DNA of 53,056 bases from positions 1 through 53,056 of the forward strand of contig VEQN01000004.1 in the NCBI GenBank assembly GCA_018883165.1. Direction: 5' to 3'. A program made the position numbers and the translations under genes. Below are positions 37,612-48,872 of the stretch, piece by piece. Origin of the DNA: Candidatus Tayloriibacteriota bacterium (lineage in GTDB: Bacteria; Patescibacteriota; Minisyncoccia; Phycocordibacterales; CAIZLB01). Below the pieces are notes generated by a model. That model made no database searches. It saw nothing but the letters and a program-made list of their open reading frames with translations, and was not told where the DNA came from. Each line of letters begins with the position of its first letter. The first letter of the stretch is position 1.

Positions 37612-38991
37612 CTATTCAGATTTCAATGCCGCCTTTGTATATTTGTTCGAAGCATTCCAGATGAGCCAACCATCTAAATTATTGTCGTACGCAGCTTTAA
37701 ACTGCGTACGTACCATATCTGCCGTATATTCGGCACCAAGATCAAAATCTTGAATCCAAGGCATGAGTTTCTTACGTGACAGACCAATTGCTTCCGCCCT
37801 TTCAGCTGCTTGTTTCATTGATATATGTACCACTTCATACGGATACGCAGCAGGGTTCTTAAATCCATTCCAATTTGCTGGGTAGTGAGATGGATATACC
37901 ATTGGATATATATAATCTACAAAAGGTAACGCATACTCTAATATCTGACCTATACCTAAATCATCTGGTTGAGTAGTTACCATACCAAACAAATCTGCTG
38001 ATGTGATTAACCTACCTGCACCTCGTTTGCTTTCAATCGCTTCTTCTCTTTTGTTCACCCAACTAGAACTTGTACTATGTACCAAACTCCAATACTCATC
38101 AAACACAGGATCTTTTGCGGTACCCTTGAGGTGCTTTGCAATTGTCATTGTCATACCACTATTCATCTTCTTTTCTTCAAAAGCTGGTGTCGAGGTGCCA
38201 ACTTCAACCAATGGTGTAAACTCACCCTTACCACCTCTCAATTCGGTATCTAGATATGTAAAAAACTTCTTGAAGACTTGTGGTTTTGGAGTATCACCTG
38301 ACAAATATTTAATATTCTTCATATCACCATCTGAAGGAAATCTCACGTAGTCAAAGTTTATTTCATCAAAACCCAATTCATATGATGTTTTTGCAATATC
38401 AACGACATATTTCCAAGCCACCTCAGAACTCATATCAACCCATGACAAACCCTTCTTATCTTTCCATACACCCCCATCACTCATCCGCTTCACTGCAACC
38501 TCTGGATGTTTTTCAACAAAGCAAGGATCTTGGAATACAGATACACGACCAATGACATATATATTTTTATCATGTAGTGTTTTTATCAAACTCTTAATAT
38601 CTTTGATTCTCTCCTCTACACATGATCCGTTATCGATATTTGGATTACCAGTCTTAAATGATACTTTACCTGTATAGTCTTTGATATCTAAGACGACAGC
38701 GTTTGCCTCTGTTGTATCGAGTAGTTGTATGAGGCCATCTCGAAGAGATGGAGTTCCAGCTACCCAACTAGTCATATATATTGCTTTAAGGTTTTTAGGC
38801 GGGAGGACATGCTCAACAAGCGGTTTTTCGATTTCAGCAATTTTAACTGTAGATGTCCCCTTAACCGCCGAAGCAACCGTAGCAAGAATACTTTCTTTGG
38901 GTTCCTTACCCTCCATGTATGTTTGAACAAAAATGAATCCAGAGATTGCAGCTGCACAGGAAATACATCCGACTAAGATATTCTTAACCAT
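37612..38991 (-). CDS. Putative glycoside hydrolase (DUF4015-like TIM barrel) with N-terminal TM
   Basis: KAIYMT, NAVVLDIKD, GRVSVFQD, GFDEINFDYVRFP, PMVYPSHY and PWIQDF motifs. Confidence 0.78.
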   Translation of the reverse strand: MVKNILVGCISCAAAISGFIFVQTYMEGKEPKESILATVASAVKGTSTVKIAEIEKPLVEHVLPPKNLKAIYMTSWVAGTPSLRDGLIQLLDTTEANAVVLDIKDYTGKVSFKTGNPNIDNGSCVEERIKDIKSLIKTLHDKNIYVIGRVSVFQDPCFVEKHPEVAVKRMSDGGVWKDKKGLSWVDMSSEVAWKYVVDIAKTSYELGFDEINFDYVRFPSDGDMKNIKYLSGDTPKPQVFKKFFTYLDTELRGGKGEFTPLVEVGTSTPAFEEKKMNSGMTMTIAKHLKGTAKDPVFDEYWSLVHSTSSSWVNKREEAIESKRGAGRLITSADLFGMVTTQPDDLGIGQILEYALPFVDYIYPMVYPSHYPANWNGFKNPAAYPYEVVHISMKQAAERAEAIGLSRKKLMPWIQDFDLGAEYTADMVRTQFKAAYDNNLDGWLIWNASNKYTKAALKSE

Positions 38992-39193
38992 GCAATTTTT
39001 CTGTATTCTCTACACCATCCTGATTGTCTACAGATGGCTCTTGAATAATGACGTACTTCTTCTTCAAAGCAATTACAGTTATCGCGAGTCCTGAGATGAC
39101 AATGACCCATTGTTTCCATTGATTGGGCAATCCCAGTGACGGAATGATTGCAACCCAAATTCCCATGATAGCGATAAGTGTTCTTTTTTTCAT
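38984..39193 (-). CDS. Small two-TM hypothetical membrane protein
   Basis: MKKRTLIAIMGIWVAIIPSLGLPNQWKQWVIVISGL; its stop overlaps the next gene's start. Confidence 0.7.
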   Translation of the reverse strand: MKKRTLIAIMGIWVAIIPSLGLPNQWKQWVIVISGLAITVIALKKKYVIIQEPSVDNQDGVENTEKLHG

Positions 39194-39245
39194 ATACACA
39201 TATTATATTTAATAATATCTATATGCGCACCTTACGCTGGGGATA

Positions 39246-39992
39246 TTAATATTCTGCTTGTATACTCACAAACCCCGTCTTTCCGATTACCAAATGATCC
39301 ATTAAATGAATTCCCACTACTCTACCTGCTTGTATTAATTGCTTTGTAACCTCTACATCAGCTGTACTAGGTTCCAGAACACCAGAGGGATGATTGTGTG
39401 CTAATACAACAGAGGCGGCACCGTACTCAAGTGCTGGTTTGAATACTTCTCGAGGATGTACCAAATTGGAATTCAATGTACCAATTGATATTATCTCTTG
39501 GTGAATTATTCTATTGTGAGTGTCCAAATACAGACCACATAGCTGCTCTTTTTGTAGAGTTCTCATTTCTATTAGATAGTCGTAGACGTCTCGAGCGTTT
39601 CGTATGACGGTTAGTCCCATATCATTTTTCTTAAACAACCTCCTCCCTATCTCCACACAAGCCACAATCTGACAAGCCTTAACGTGTGGAATCTGTAAAT
39701 CCTTAGCTATACTTTCCGGGTCTGCCTGATTAGACACTGCACTGTTCCCGTATTCTCGTATAATCCGATATGACATATCAAGTACTCCCTCTTTTTTTGT
39801 GCCAGTCTGTAAGACCACCGCAAAAAGTTCGACCAATGAGAGTGATGCCACACCGTTATTGAGCATCTTCTCTCTTGGTCGATCTTCTGTTGGTAAATCT
39901 CGTATTTTACACGAGTAATCTTTCTGATTCGTATCGAGGCCTTCATATGAAGTCGATGTGAGTAAATCAGTATCGGAAAGTGTATATGTCAT
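39246..39992 (-). CDS. radC: RadC family JAB-domain protein
   Basis: PREK, E...LYLD, GTLNSNLVHPREVF, HNHPSG and DHLVIG motifs. Confidence 0.93.
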   Translation of the reverse strand: MTYTLSDTDLLTSTSYEGLDTNQKDYSCKIRDLPTEDRPREKMLNNGVASLSLVELFAVVLQTGTKKEGVLDMSYRIIREYGNSAVSNQADPESIAKDLQIPHVKACQIVACVEIGRRLFKKNDMGLTVIRNARDVYDYLIEMRTLQKEQLCGLYLDTHNRIIHQEIISIGTLNSNLVHPREVFKPALEYGAASVVLAHNHPSGVLEPSTADVEVTKQLIQAGRVVGIHLMDHLVIGKTGFVSIQAEY

Positions 39993-40036
39993 GAACACAA
40001 CATACCACTAAGACATTAAGAAAATATGAACAAAAA

Positions 40037-40780
40037 CTATTCTGCAATGTCCGTAAACAAGACTACATCTTTCATGTGTGACATAACTGTTGCAGGGATT
40101 TTGTGATATGGAAGATTTCCATCAATTGCTTTATCGAGTGCTTCTTTCTTTGATGTGCCAGTAACATAAAACAGTGCATGATCAACCTGATTTTTCATAA
40201 ATGGAATGGTAGTTGAAAATCTTTGTGAATATTCAATCTTGTCTCCTGCATCCATAGATGAAACCCATACATCATCTGTGTTATATCTCTGATTAAACTC
40301 AGCTTCACCAAGAACACCTGGGATCATGCCTCCTGTATGCCCATCCTTACCCATGCCATACACAGCAAGAACTACACCTTTAGGAAAATCTCTTTTCCAT
40401 TCTTTCAAGTTTCTTTCAAAACGACGAGCACAGTCTTCCATTGTCTCACCTGCATTTGGTTGTGTATTGATACAAAATGCGTCAACTTGAATTAATTCGT
40501 TATAGAAATCAGTTGCTTGAAGTATTGCAAAGTTGTTTATATCTACTTCATTAGAAAATCTTTCATCAGTAACCGTCACGGTTAGATCCATACTCAAGTA
40601 CTCAGGATTAATACCATCGTATAATGTAACTGATGATCCACCAGCAAGCAGAAGAAGCACTGGTCTATCTACATACTGTGCAAGCAAATCATTAAGGTAT
40701 GAAATAGCAGCTCTGTTTGTTTCTTCTACCGACTGAAATCTCTCGATTTTCAAGGAGTTTTTTGTTGGATTTGTATTCAT
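40037..40780 (-). CDS. 6-phosphogluconolactonase / glucosamine-6-phosphate isomerase-like protein
   Basis: LLLAGGSS, TDERF, GMGKDGHTGG, and VTGTSKKEAL motifs. Confidence 0.72.
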   Translation of the reverse strand: MNTNPTKNSLKIERFQSVEETNRAAISYLNDLLAQYVDRPVLLLLAGGSSVTLYDGINPEYLSMDLTVTVTDERFSNEVDINNFAILQATDFYNELIQVDAFCINTQPNAGETMEDCARRFERNLKEWKRDFPKGVVLAVYGMGKDGHTGGMIPGVLGEAEFNQRYNTDDVWVSSMDAGDKIEYSQRFSTTIPFMKNQVDHALFYVTGTSKKEALDKAIDGNLPYHKIPATVMSHMKDVVLFTDIAE

Positions 40781-40807
40781 AAAGATATTGTACATATTAT
40801 TACAAAA

Positions 40808-40840
40808 TAACAAAACCGCCTCAAAAAGGCGGTTTTGTTA
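40808..40840. terminator. Intrinsic terminator after pyk
   Basis: taacaaaaccgcct-caaaa-aggcggttttgtta, 14-bp perfect stem. Confidence 0.88.
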
Positions 40841-40853
40841 TCGTTTACTCGAT

Positions 40854-42242
40854 TTACTTAATGTCTTTAAATGCCACAACCTTATGTGTCACATTTCCAC
40901 CCTCTTCTGAAACGACAACAACAGTATCAGAATCCAATAGATCAATCTCAATATTCTTTACAAGATTCTGAACTGAAACCTCAGGAAGATACAATGGTCG
41001 TATTGCATAGTAGAGCATAAGCTTTTTAGCTTCAATTTCTTCTTTGCAACCAGCAACAACTACCACTGAAGGTCTCTGTGCTGCAAGTGCATAGTACAAA
41101 CTTGAATCTGAAACAGCAGCGATAATCGCTTTCGCACCTGATGCTTTTGCTTCATCAGCAATACTCTTTGCAAGAGTATATGTATCATTCTTCACTTCTG
41201 GACCAAAGTTATAGTGAAGAAGATCATCAATCTTACTTTCAGTGTACATCATTATCTTACTCATGAGTGTTGTAGCTTCTACTGGGAAATCACCGTATGC
41301 AGTCTCTCCACTCATCGAAACAGCACCACTTCCTTCAAGCACCGCGTTTGCAACATCAAGAACCTCAGCTCGAGTAGGTCGAGGGTTCTTGATCATACTA
41401 TCCAATACCTGTGTAGCTACAACACATGCTTTACCTCTTTTCACACACATCTCAATCATTTTCTTTTGCATGTATGGCATTTCTTCAAACGGCACTTCTG
41501 CACCAAGATCACCTCGTGCAACCATCGCACCATCAGAATAATCCAAGATCTCACTTAGATTATCAAAACCTTCTCTGTTCTCAATCTTTGAAATAATCTG
41601 AGGATTGTATCCAGGGAATTCATCTGTAATTTGCTTAATATCCAAGATATCTTGTTTACTTCGCACAAAAGAATGGATGATAAATTCGATGTTGTGCTTT
41701 CCACAGAATCGAATAAAGCTTTTGTCCTTTTCTGTAAGTGACGGAAGCTCAATATGAACACCAGGAGTATTAATGCTCTTTTTGTTCTTAATGGTTCCAT
41801 TACTCTGGATTCGACACTTTAATGCATCACCTTCTTTAGCTTCAACTACGAATCCAATTGTTGCATCATCATACAATACAACAGTTCCAACTGGGACTTC
41901 ATTATGGAAATTAGGATAATCTACATGAACAACGTGCGCACCATCATTTCTGTGTTCAAGATTACCACTGATGTAGATGATATCATCTCTTTTAACAGCA
42001 AAAGGTTCTTCTACGTTTTTTGTTCTAACCTCAGGACCTTTTGTATCAATCATGATTGCAACATGTGGAGATACAGATTTAATTCGTCCGATAAGGTGCT
42101 CAGCATCTTCAACCCCCTGGTGAGCAGTGTTTAGCCATGCAATATCGAGACCAGCATCAAATACCAGCTTGAGGAAATCGACATCTGATTTATTATCAGC
42201 AATCTTACCGAGGATCTTTGTTTTTCTAAAGTTTATCTTCAT
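40854..42242 (-). CDS. pyk: Pyruvate kinase
   Basis: DTKGPEVR, KIENREG, MVARGDLGAE, ATQVLDSM, PTRAE and SGETA motifs. Confidence 0.95.
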   Translation of the reverse strand: MKINFRKTKILGKIADNKSDVDFLKLVFDAGLDIAWLNTAHQGVEDAEHLIGRIKSVSPHVAIMIDTKGPEVRTKNVEEPFAVKRDDIIYISGNLEHRNDGAHVVHVDYPNFHNEVPVGTVVLYDDATIGFVVEAKEGDALKCRIQSNGTIKNKKSINTPGVHIELPSLTEKDKSFIRFCGKHNIEFIIHSFVRSKQDILDIKQITDEFPGYNPQIISKIENREGFDNLSEILDYSDGAMVARGDLGAEVPFEEMPYMQKKMIEMCVKRGKACVVATQVLDSMIKNPRPTRAEVLDVANAVLEGSGAVSMSGETAYGDFPVEATTLMSKIMMYTESKIDDLLHYNFGPEVKNDTYTLAKSIADEAKASGAKAIIAAVSDSSLYYALAAQRPSVVVVAGCKEEIEAKKLMLYYAIRPLYLPEVSVQNLVKNIEIDLLDSDTVVVVSEEGGNVTHKVVAFKDIK

Positions 42243-42333
42243 AACTTGGGTACGTCGTTAGTTCTTAAAATTTTAAAATGACAAGAGCCATTCTAGCAGT
42301 ATTTACTCCCTTATTCAAGCTTATTTTAAGAAT

Positions 42334-42939
42334 TTAATACTGAGTGAAAACAGGGTCATCTATCGATGTACCAAGTGTAAAACATGGAGCAAATTTAGTT
42401 GCAAGACCTTGTTCATAATCTCCGTTACCATTCACCTTAAGAGACTTTCTGGTCTCGGCGTCAAAGTAAATTGACATAAGATCTCCTGGTTCCCCATAAA
42501 GATATCCCGCCTTTCCATTCACACCGTAGCCAGCACCAGTTGTTGGAAAGTAGCCACTTACGTACATATATTTCTTTCTACCATTTGTAGCATTACATAC
42601 TATTCCATTAGGCCAACCTGGGAAAATTTTATCTCCTTGACTCAAAGATGTGGAAGTTCCAACACCACCAGCTGCATACCCCCAACTCGCCTTCCCTTGT
42701 GCATCAGATACCAGTACTTTACCTGCTCCTTGTGTACCATCAATGAGTTGGAATTTACCAAATACAGCAAGACCACCAAGACCTAGTTTACCGAGTTTGT
42801 TTTGATCATCTTTAGATACCGTTACTGGTGGTAAAGTATTGTCCTTTGGTGGATTCTTTGGAGCTGCAGTCCATGCAAATGCTACTGGAACTGATGCGAA
42901 GAGTATGAGAGATGTGATGAGTGAGGTGAGGTTTTTCAT
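42334..42939 (-). CDS. Secreted hypothetical protein, W-x7-PP-x2-N family paralog A
   Basis: Signal peptide, then WTAAPKNPPKDNTLPPV...QNKLGKLGLGGLAVFG and GTQGAGKVLVSDAQGKASW. Confidence 0.8.
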   Translation of the reverse strand: MKNLTSLITSLILFASVPVAFAWTAAPKNPPKDNTLPPVTVSKDDQNKLGKLGLGGLAVFGKFQLIDGTQGAGKVLVSDAQGKASWGYAAGGVGTSTSLSQGDKIFPGWPNGIVCNATNGRKKYMYVSGYFPTTGAGYGVNGKAGYLYGEPGDLMSIYFDAETRKSLKVNGNGDYEQGLATKFAPCFTLGTSIDDPVFTQY

Positions 42940-42982
42940 GTGGGTATAAATATCAAAATTAATTTATTCCATAATAACACAA

Positions 42983-43007
42983 AACCTTCACATCGATTGT
43001 GAAGGTT
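42983..43007 (-). terminator. Probable terminator of the stand-alone 16S transcript
   Basis: aaccttcaca-5 nt-tgtgaaggtt followed by ttgtgtt on the minus strand. Confidence 0.7.
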
Positions 43008-43020
43008 GTGTATAGTATTA

Positions 43021-44794
<1,774 letters not shown>

Positions 44795-44925
44795 CAAACT
44801 GAGACATCGTCTCGCATGTTGCATTGGTTTTCTGGATGGGTTAGTCGCATCTTGTCGTCGTTGACCTTAGCTACCCAGAAGACGTACGTTGTACCTAAAA
44901 ACGCCCCTTACAGAGCGTGCCTAGC

Positions 44926-44953
44926 ATTATACGCACATGAGTATCTTTGTCAA
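44926..44953 (-). promoter_or_regulatory. Consensus sigma70 promoter of the 16S gene
   Basis: TTGACA-N16-TATAAT, perfect match, about 215 nt upstream of the 16S 5' end. Confidence 0.9.
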
Positions 44954-45017
44954 ATGCTTATTTATGCAGATTCCGTGGCATAATAACCCTTATATATAGC
45001 CATATATTTATGAAATG

Positions 45018-45043
45018 AAATGACCCGCTTTCGCGGGCCATTT
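45018..45043 (-). terminator. Terminator after paralog B
   Basis: Minus strand aaatggcccgc-gaaa-gcgggtcattt. Confidence 0.75.
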
Positions 45044-45117
45044 TTTGGAGTACGATTTAATTCTATGACGAGTCAGAAAGCCAGTTTGTAGAACTTTCAA
45101 AACATGAATTCGTTAGC

Positions 45118-45774
45118 CTATTTCGCAGTACATCCTGATCTCCATGTCCATGTTGAAGGCTCGATACAAGCATCTGAGTTTCCTGCTTTCATATCAGGTT
45201 TTAATATAGCTCCAACATCAGTCGGGCAACATACTGCAAAAGCTTCTGTATACGTACCAGTAGACCCTGACGCACATCCCTGACCATCTTCCCCTACCGG
45301 ATATACATGAGCTTGATATGCACCACCATGGCTTCTACACCCTCCACCAGTTCTCACCTCCCCAGCACTACAGTGTACTTCTGACCAATGACCTGTGATC
45401 GGAGAAACCACAGTTCGACATCCATTAATATATCCAGAACTTCCACCACCTAACCCTACACAGTTCTCACCATTCTCATTACAATATCTCGCAGCACCGA
45501 CATCTCCATTTACACCCAATTTCATGGTGTCTGGTAATTTGTACTGCAAATAACTTTTATCATTCGTAACAACGGTCGAACCAAAAACGCCCAGTGAGTT
45601 AACTCCTAGTACACCTGTTTTGACTTGATTTACAGTCGATGTAGTTATCGGCGCCGCAACGTTAAACTTTGGTGGAACACCTGACGGAGATTTCCATTTA
45701 CGTGAAGCAGCATAAAGTGTGTCTGCTCCGTATATAAAACCAACAAGAATTATGAATGGAATTATTTTTTTCAT
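45118..45774 (-). CDS. Secreted hypothetical protein, paralog B, with Cys-rich C-terminal domain
   Basis: Signal peptide, WKSPSGVPPKFNVAAPI...QVKTGVLG; C-terminus CSAGEVRTGGGCRSHGGAY...FAVCC...ACIEPSTWTWRSGC. Confidence 0.82.
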   Translation of the reverse strand: MKKIIPFIILVGFIYGADTLYAASRKWKSPSGVPPKFNVAAPITTSTVNQVKTGVLGVNSLGVFGSTVVTNDKSYLQYKLPDTMKLGVNGDVGAARYCNENGENCVGLGGGSSGYINGCRTVVSPITGHWSEVHCSAGEVRTGGGCRSHGGAYQAHVYPVGEDGQGCASGSTGTYTEAFAVCCPTDVGAILKPDMKAGNSDACIEPSTWTWRSGCTAK

Positions 45775-45833
45775 ATCTTCTATTTTGCTTTACATCCTGA
45801 TCTCCATGTCCATGTTGAAGGCTCGATACAAGC
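45129..45833 (+). repeat. Perfect 43-bp direct repeat (45129-45171 and 45791-45833) at the 3' ends of paralogs B and C
   Basis: tacatcctgatctccatgtccatgttgaaggctcgatacaagc occurs twice; flanking bases differ. Confidence 0.95.
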
Positions 45834-46460
45834 GGCCGTATCTGCAGGAGTACCTGAAGGAAGAGTATTCGCTTCTACTGTACAACAAACCGCAAATGGC
45901 TCAGTGTACGTACCAGTAGAGCCAGAACTACATGACCACCCACCCTTAGAACCATCTTTTGAAGTTATTGGATAGTTGTGGTAACTATATGCACCACCGT
46001 GACTTCTACACCCGCCGCCGGTTCTTAACTCATTCGCATTGCAGAATACCTCAGCCGCTTCACTTACTACACTACCAATAACTGTTCTGCAACTCTGCAA
46101 ATTCTTAATTATAACTTTCGGACCAGTAAGTGATTCTACACAATTTCCACCATATTGATCACAATACCTCTTTGCTCCAACATCACCATTTACTCCAACC
46201 ATAAACGTAGGATGTGTAGTCTTTGCAGGTAATGTATATGTTTTACTACCACTAAACAGAGCTCTACCAAATACTGCAAGACCACCAAGACCTAATGTAC
46301 CGTCCTTCGCTTGGGTATCAGAACCCACATTTATTGGTGCTGGTGCATTGTTACTTGGTGGATTACTTGGTGCAGGTTTCCAGGAAGAGGCCTGGGCTGC
46401 AACATGACTAGCCGTTATTAATACAAGCAACACAATTATTGAAAATGATATGTTTTTCAT
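45780..46460 (-). CDS. Secreted hypothetical protein, paralog C (start re-set to 46460)
   Basis: MKNISFSIIVLL signal peptide, WKPAPSNPPSNNAPAPINVGSDTQAKDGTLG; Cys-rich C-terminus shared with paralog B. Confidence 0.82.
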   Translation of the reverse strand: MKNISFSIIVLLVLITASHVAAQASSWKPAPSNPPSNNAPAPINVGSDTQAKDGTLGLGGLAVFGRALFSGSKTYTLPAKTTHPTFMVGVNGDVGAKRYCDQYGGNCVESLTGPKVIIKNLQSCRTVIGSVVSEAAEVFCNANELRTGGGCRSHGGAYSYHNYPITSKDGSKGGWSCSSGSTGTYTEPFAVCCTVEANTLPSGTPADTAACIEPSTWTWRSGCKAK

Positions 46461-46488
46461 AGTATCAGTACATATTGTATCATAAGAA

Positions 46489-46517
46489 AAAAACCGTACG
46501 AGGCGCGTACGGTTTTT
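46489..46517 (-). terminator. Terminator after secF
   Basis: aaaaaccgtacg-aggcg-cgtacggttttt. Confidence 0.8.
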
Positions 46518-46533
46518 CCTTCCCTTCTTTACT

Positions 46534-47430
46534 TTACTTTTTCTTACTCTGCCATTTCTCCAAAGTAACCAAAAGTGGAGAACCAACAAAGATTGATGAA
46601 TATGTTCCAACCGCAATACCCAATATGAGTACGAGTGAGAAATTCTTTGTAGTCTCAGGACCAAAGAAATACAACGCCAACAAAGAAAGCATCGTTGTAA
46701 GTGATGTATTGATTGATCTTGAGAGTGTTTGTGTAATCGACTCCCCCACAATCTGTGAGAATGTCTTTTTGTTTGAATTGATTCGGAGATTCTCTCGTGT
46801 TCGGTCGAATACTACGATTGTGTCATGTACAGAGAATCCAAGAATTACAAGGAGTGCAGTCACAAAGAGCGCATCGATCTCATATCCACCGTTTCTACCC
46901 ATGAAGGCAAATATACCAGTCGGAATAAGTACATCATGAAGAAGTGCGATAATAGCAACAGCACCATACTTCCAAGAAGCAATTGGTCTTGATACATGTC
47001 TAAACACGTATGTAATGAATAGTACGATTGCGAGGATAACAAGGATAATTGACCATACGGCTTTACCTTTAAGCTCGTCGCCCAAGACCGGACCCACTGA
47101 ATCAAATCGCTTAACCTCTCCACCCAAAGTTGCAACAACCGCTTTTCGTTCAATCTCACTCAAAGCTTTTGTTCGTATAATATATCCGTTCTCACCAGCC
47201 TGCCGTACGATCACTTCACCAAGATTTTGTGATTGAAGAGCGGTTCTAATCTGCTCATTAGACATCATGTCTGTACTTGATGCATTTTGAGTATAGTGAA
47301 CTTCGATAATTGTTCCACCTTTAAAGTCGATACCATAATTCAATCCGAATTTGGCAATTGAGAATATTGAGAATCCGACCAGGAGTATCGCGATTGCGTA
47401 GAATACCTTTCTGTAGTGTATGATAAACAT
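46534..47430 (-). CDS. secF: Protein translocase subunit SecF
   Basis: GIDFKGG, DSVGPVLG, LHD, LGFSVHDTIVVFDRTRE and QTLSRSINTS motifs. Confidence 0.96.
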   Translation of the reverse strand: MFIIHYRKVFYAIAILLVGFSIFSIAKFGLNYGIDFKGGTIIEVHYTQNASSTDMMSNEQIRTALQSQNLGEVIVRQAGENGYIIRTKALSEIERKAVVATLGGEVKRFDSVGPVLGDELKGKAVWSIILVILAIVLFITYVFRHVSRPIASWKYGAVAIIALLHDVLIPTGIFAFMGRNGGYEIDALFVTALLVILGFSVHDTIVVFDRTRENLRINSNKKTFSQIVGESITQTLSRSINTSLTTMLSLLALYFFGPETTKNFSLVLILGIAVGTYSSIFVGSPLLVTLEKWQSKKK

Positions 47431-47448
47431 AGTAGTGATATTAAGTGA

Positions 47449-48795
47449 TTAATTTCTAAGTCCGTGACCGAATAAGAATCGCATTACACCTTCGAATCGT
47501 TTTGCACCGAGCGCAAGAAGCAATGTTCTTGATACAGTGATTGATGTAAACATTGATACAAACACACCGAGAATAAACACAAGTGCAAATCCTTTGATAA
47601 GCGGTGAGGTTGCAGTGAAGAACAAGATGAGACCCGTGATAATACTTGAGGTATTACTATCTCGGATTGAAAGCCAAGCTCGCTTGAACCCTTCTCGTGT
47701 TCCCTCTTCGATTGAATACCCCTTAAGGAATTCTTCTTTCATTCGCTCAAAGATAAGGATATTTCCATCGACGGCCATACCCATCGAAATAATAAATCCT
47801 GCAAGGCCCGCAGATGTGAGTACAATGCCAAATATCTTAAAGAGTGCAAGTGTAATGATGACATACATTGCAAGTGAGATTACTGCGAGAAGACCAGGAA
47901 GTCGGTACCAGAACAAGAGGAATAGTCCTACAATGATGAATCCCCAAATACCAGCGTTTACACTTGCCTTAAGCGCATCTACTCCAAGAGACGCACCAAT
48001 TGATTGTGTGCCCACAAGGTCAATCGGAACAGGAAGTGCACCATATCGAAGATCTTGTGCTAGAGTCTTCGCTTCAGCAGGAGTAAATCTTCCACTAATT
48101 ACTGCCTTGCCATCTCGAATAGGTTCTCGTACCACAGGTGTAGAGATTGCTCGCCCATCAAGGAAGATTGCGATTGTCTTCCCAACATTTTGAGCAGTAA
48201 GATCAGCAAAGAGCTTCTTACCCTCCTCGTTAAATGTAAGACTTACAATTGGCTGATTTGTATTTGGATCAAACTGAAGCTGTGCTTTCTCAAGATATCT
48301 ACCCGTAAGTTGTGTTGGTACATATTGTACCGCCCCAGCTTGAATATCCGCTGTTACATTAGTTGTTGCATCTTTTTGTACCACCGGGATTGAAGACCCT
48401 TCAATTTTAAATTCAAGAATCGGCGTCTTACCAATAAGTTCAACTGCCTGATTAACATCAGTTACACCAGGGAGCTCAACAATGAGCTTATGGAGTGTTT
48501 GACCGTTACTTGTACTTTTTTCTGTCTGAACAATCGGTTCAGCAACACCAAATGCATTGATTCGTGATTCAATAACCGCCTTCAAACTATTCATTGCACC
48601 ATCAACCTCTTCAGTAGCAAGTTTTGATGTATCAGCTTGGTACACAAGATGTGAACCTCCACTTAGATCAAGACCAAGCTTGAATGGAAACTTTGAAATA
48701 AACCCACTATCCTTTGATTCAGAGTAATGCACAAACCCTCCAAGGAGTGCCCCGACAAGGAGTAGCAATACTGCGTAAATTCGTATCTTTGTCAT
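47449..48795 (-). CDS. secD: Protein translocase subunit SecD
   Basis: LGLDLSGG, RINAFGVAEP, VELPG, GALP, IGASLG and MAVDGNILIFER motifs. Confidence 0.96.
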   Translation of the reverse strand: MTKIRIYAVLLLLVGALLGGFVHYSESKDSGFISKFPFKLGLDLSGGSHLVYQADTSKLATEEVDGAMNSLKAVIESRINAFGVAEPIVQTEKSTSNGQTLHKLIVELPGVTDVNQAVELIGKTPILEFKIEGSSIPVVQKDATTNVTADIQAGAVQYVPTQLTGRYLEKAQLQFDPNTNQPIVSLTFNEEGKKLFADLTAQNVGKTIAIFLDGRAISTPVVREPIRDGKAVISGRFTPAEAKTLAQDLRYGALPVPIDLVGTQSIGASLGVDALKASVNAGIWGFIIVGLFLLFWYRLPGLLAVISLAMYVIITLALFKIFGIVLTSAGLAGFIISMGMAVDGNILIFERMKEEFLKGYSIEEGTREGFKRAWLSIRDSNTSSIITGLILFFTATSPLIKGFALVFILGVFVSMFTSITVSRTLLLALGAKRFEGVMRFLFGHGLRN

Positions 48796-48872
48796 ATTGT
48801 AAGACTATAAACCTGAATATTTTTAATAACAGGGTCAATTATACAGAGAAAATGGAGCTAGGCAATGAAAAA

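Noticed and set aside
39246-39992. radC as a marker of a mobile or defence island
   Set aside because: Full-length chromosomal-type RadC with housekeeping neighbours; no integrase, att-like repeats or toxin genes.
45129-45833. CRISPR-like direct repeat
   Set aside because: Only two copies, 662 bp apart, both in-frame within coding sequence; no spacers or cas genes.
46461-46751. Long N-terminal extensions in the ORF track (45780..46751; likewise 10044..11153, 18533..19189, 48873..50318, 10876..11364)
   Set aside because: They overlap neighbouring genes or terminators; homology and signal peptides start at downstream ATGs.
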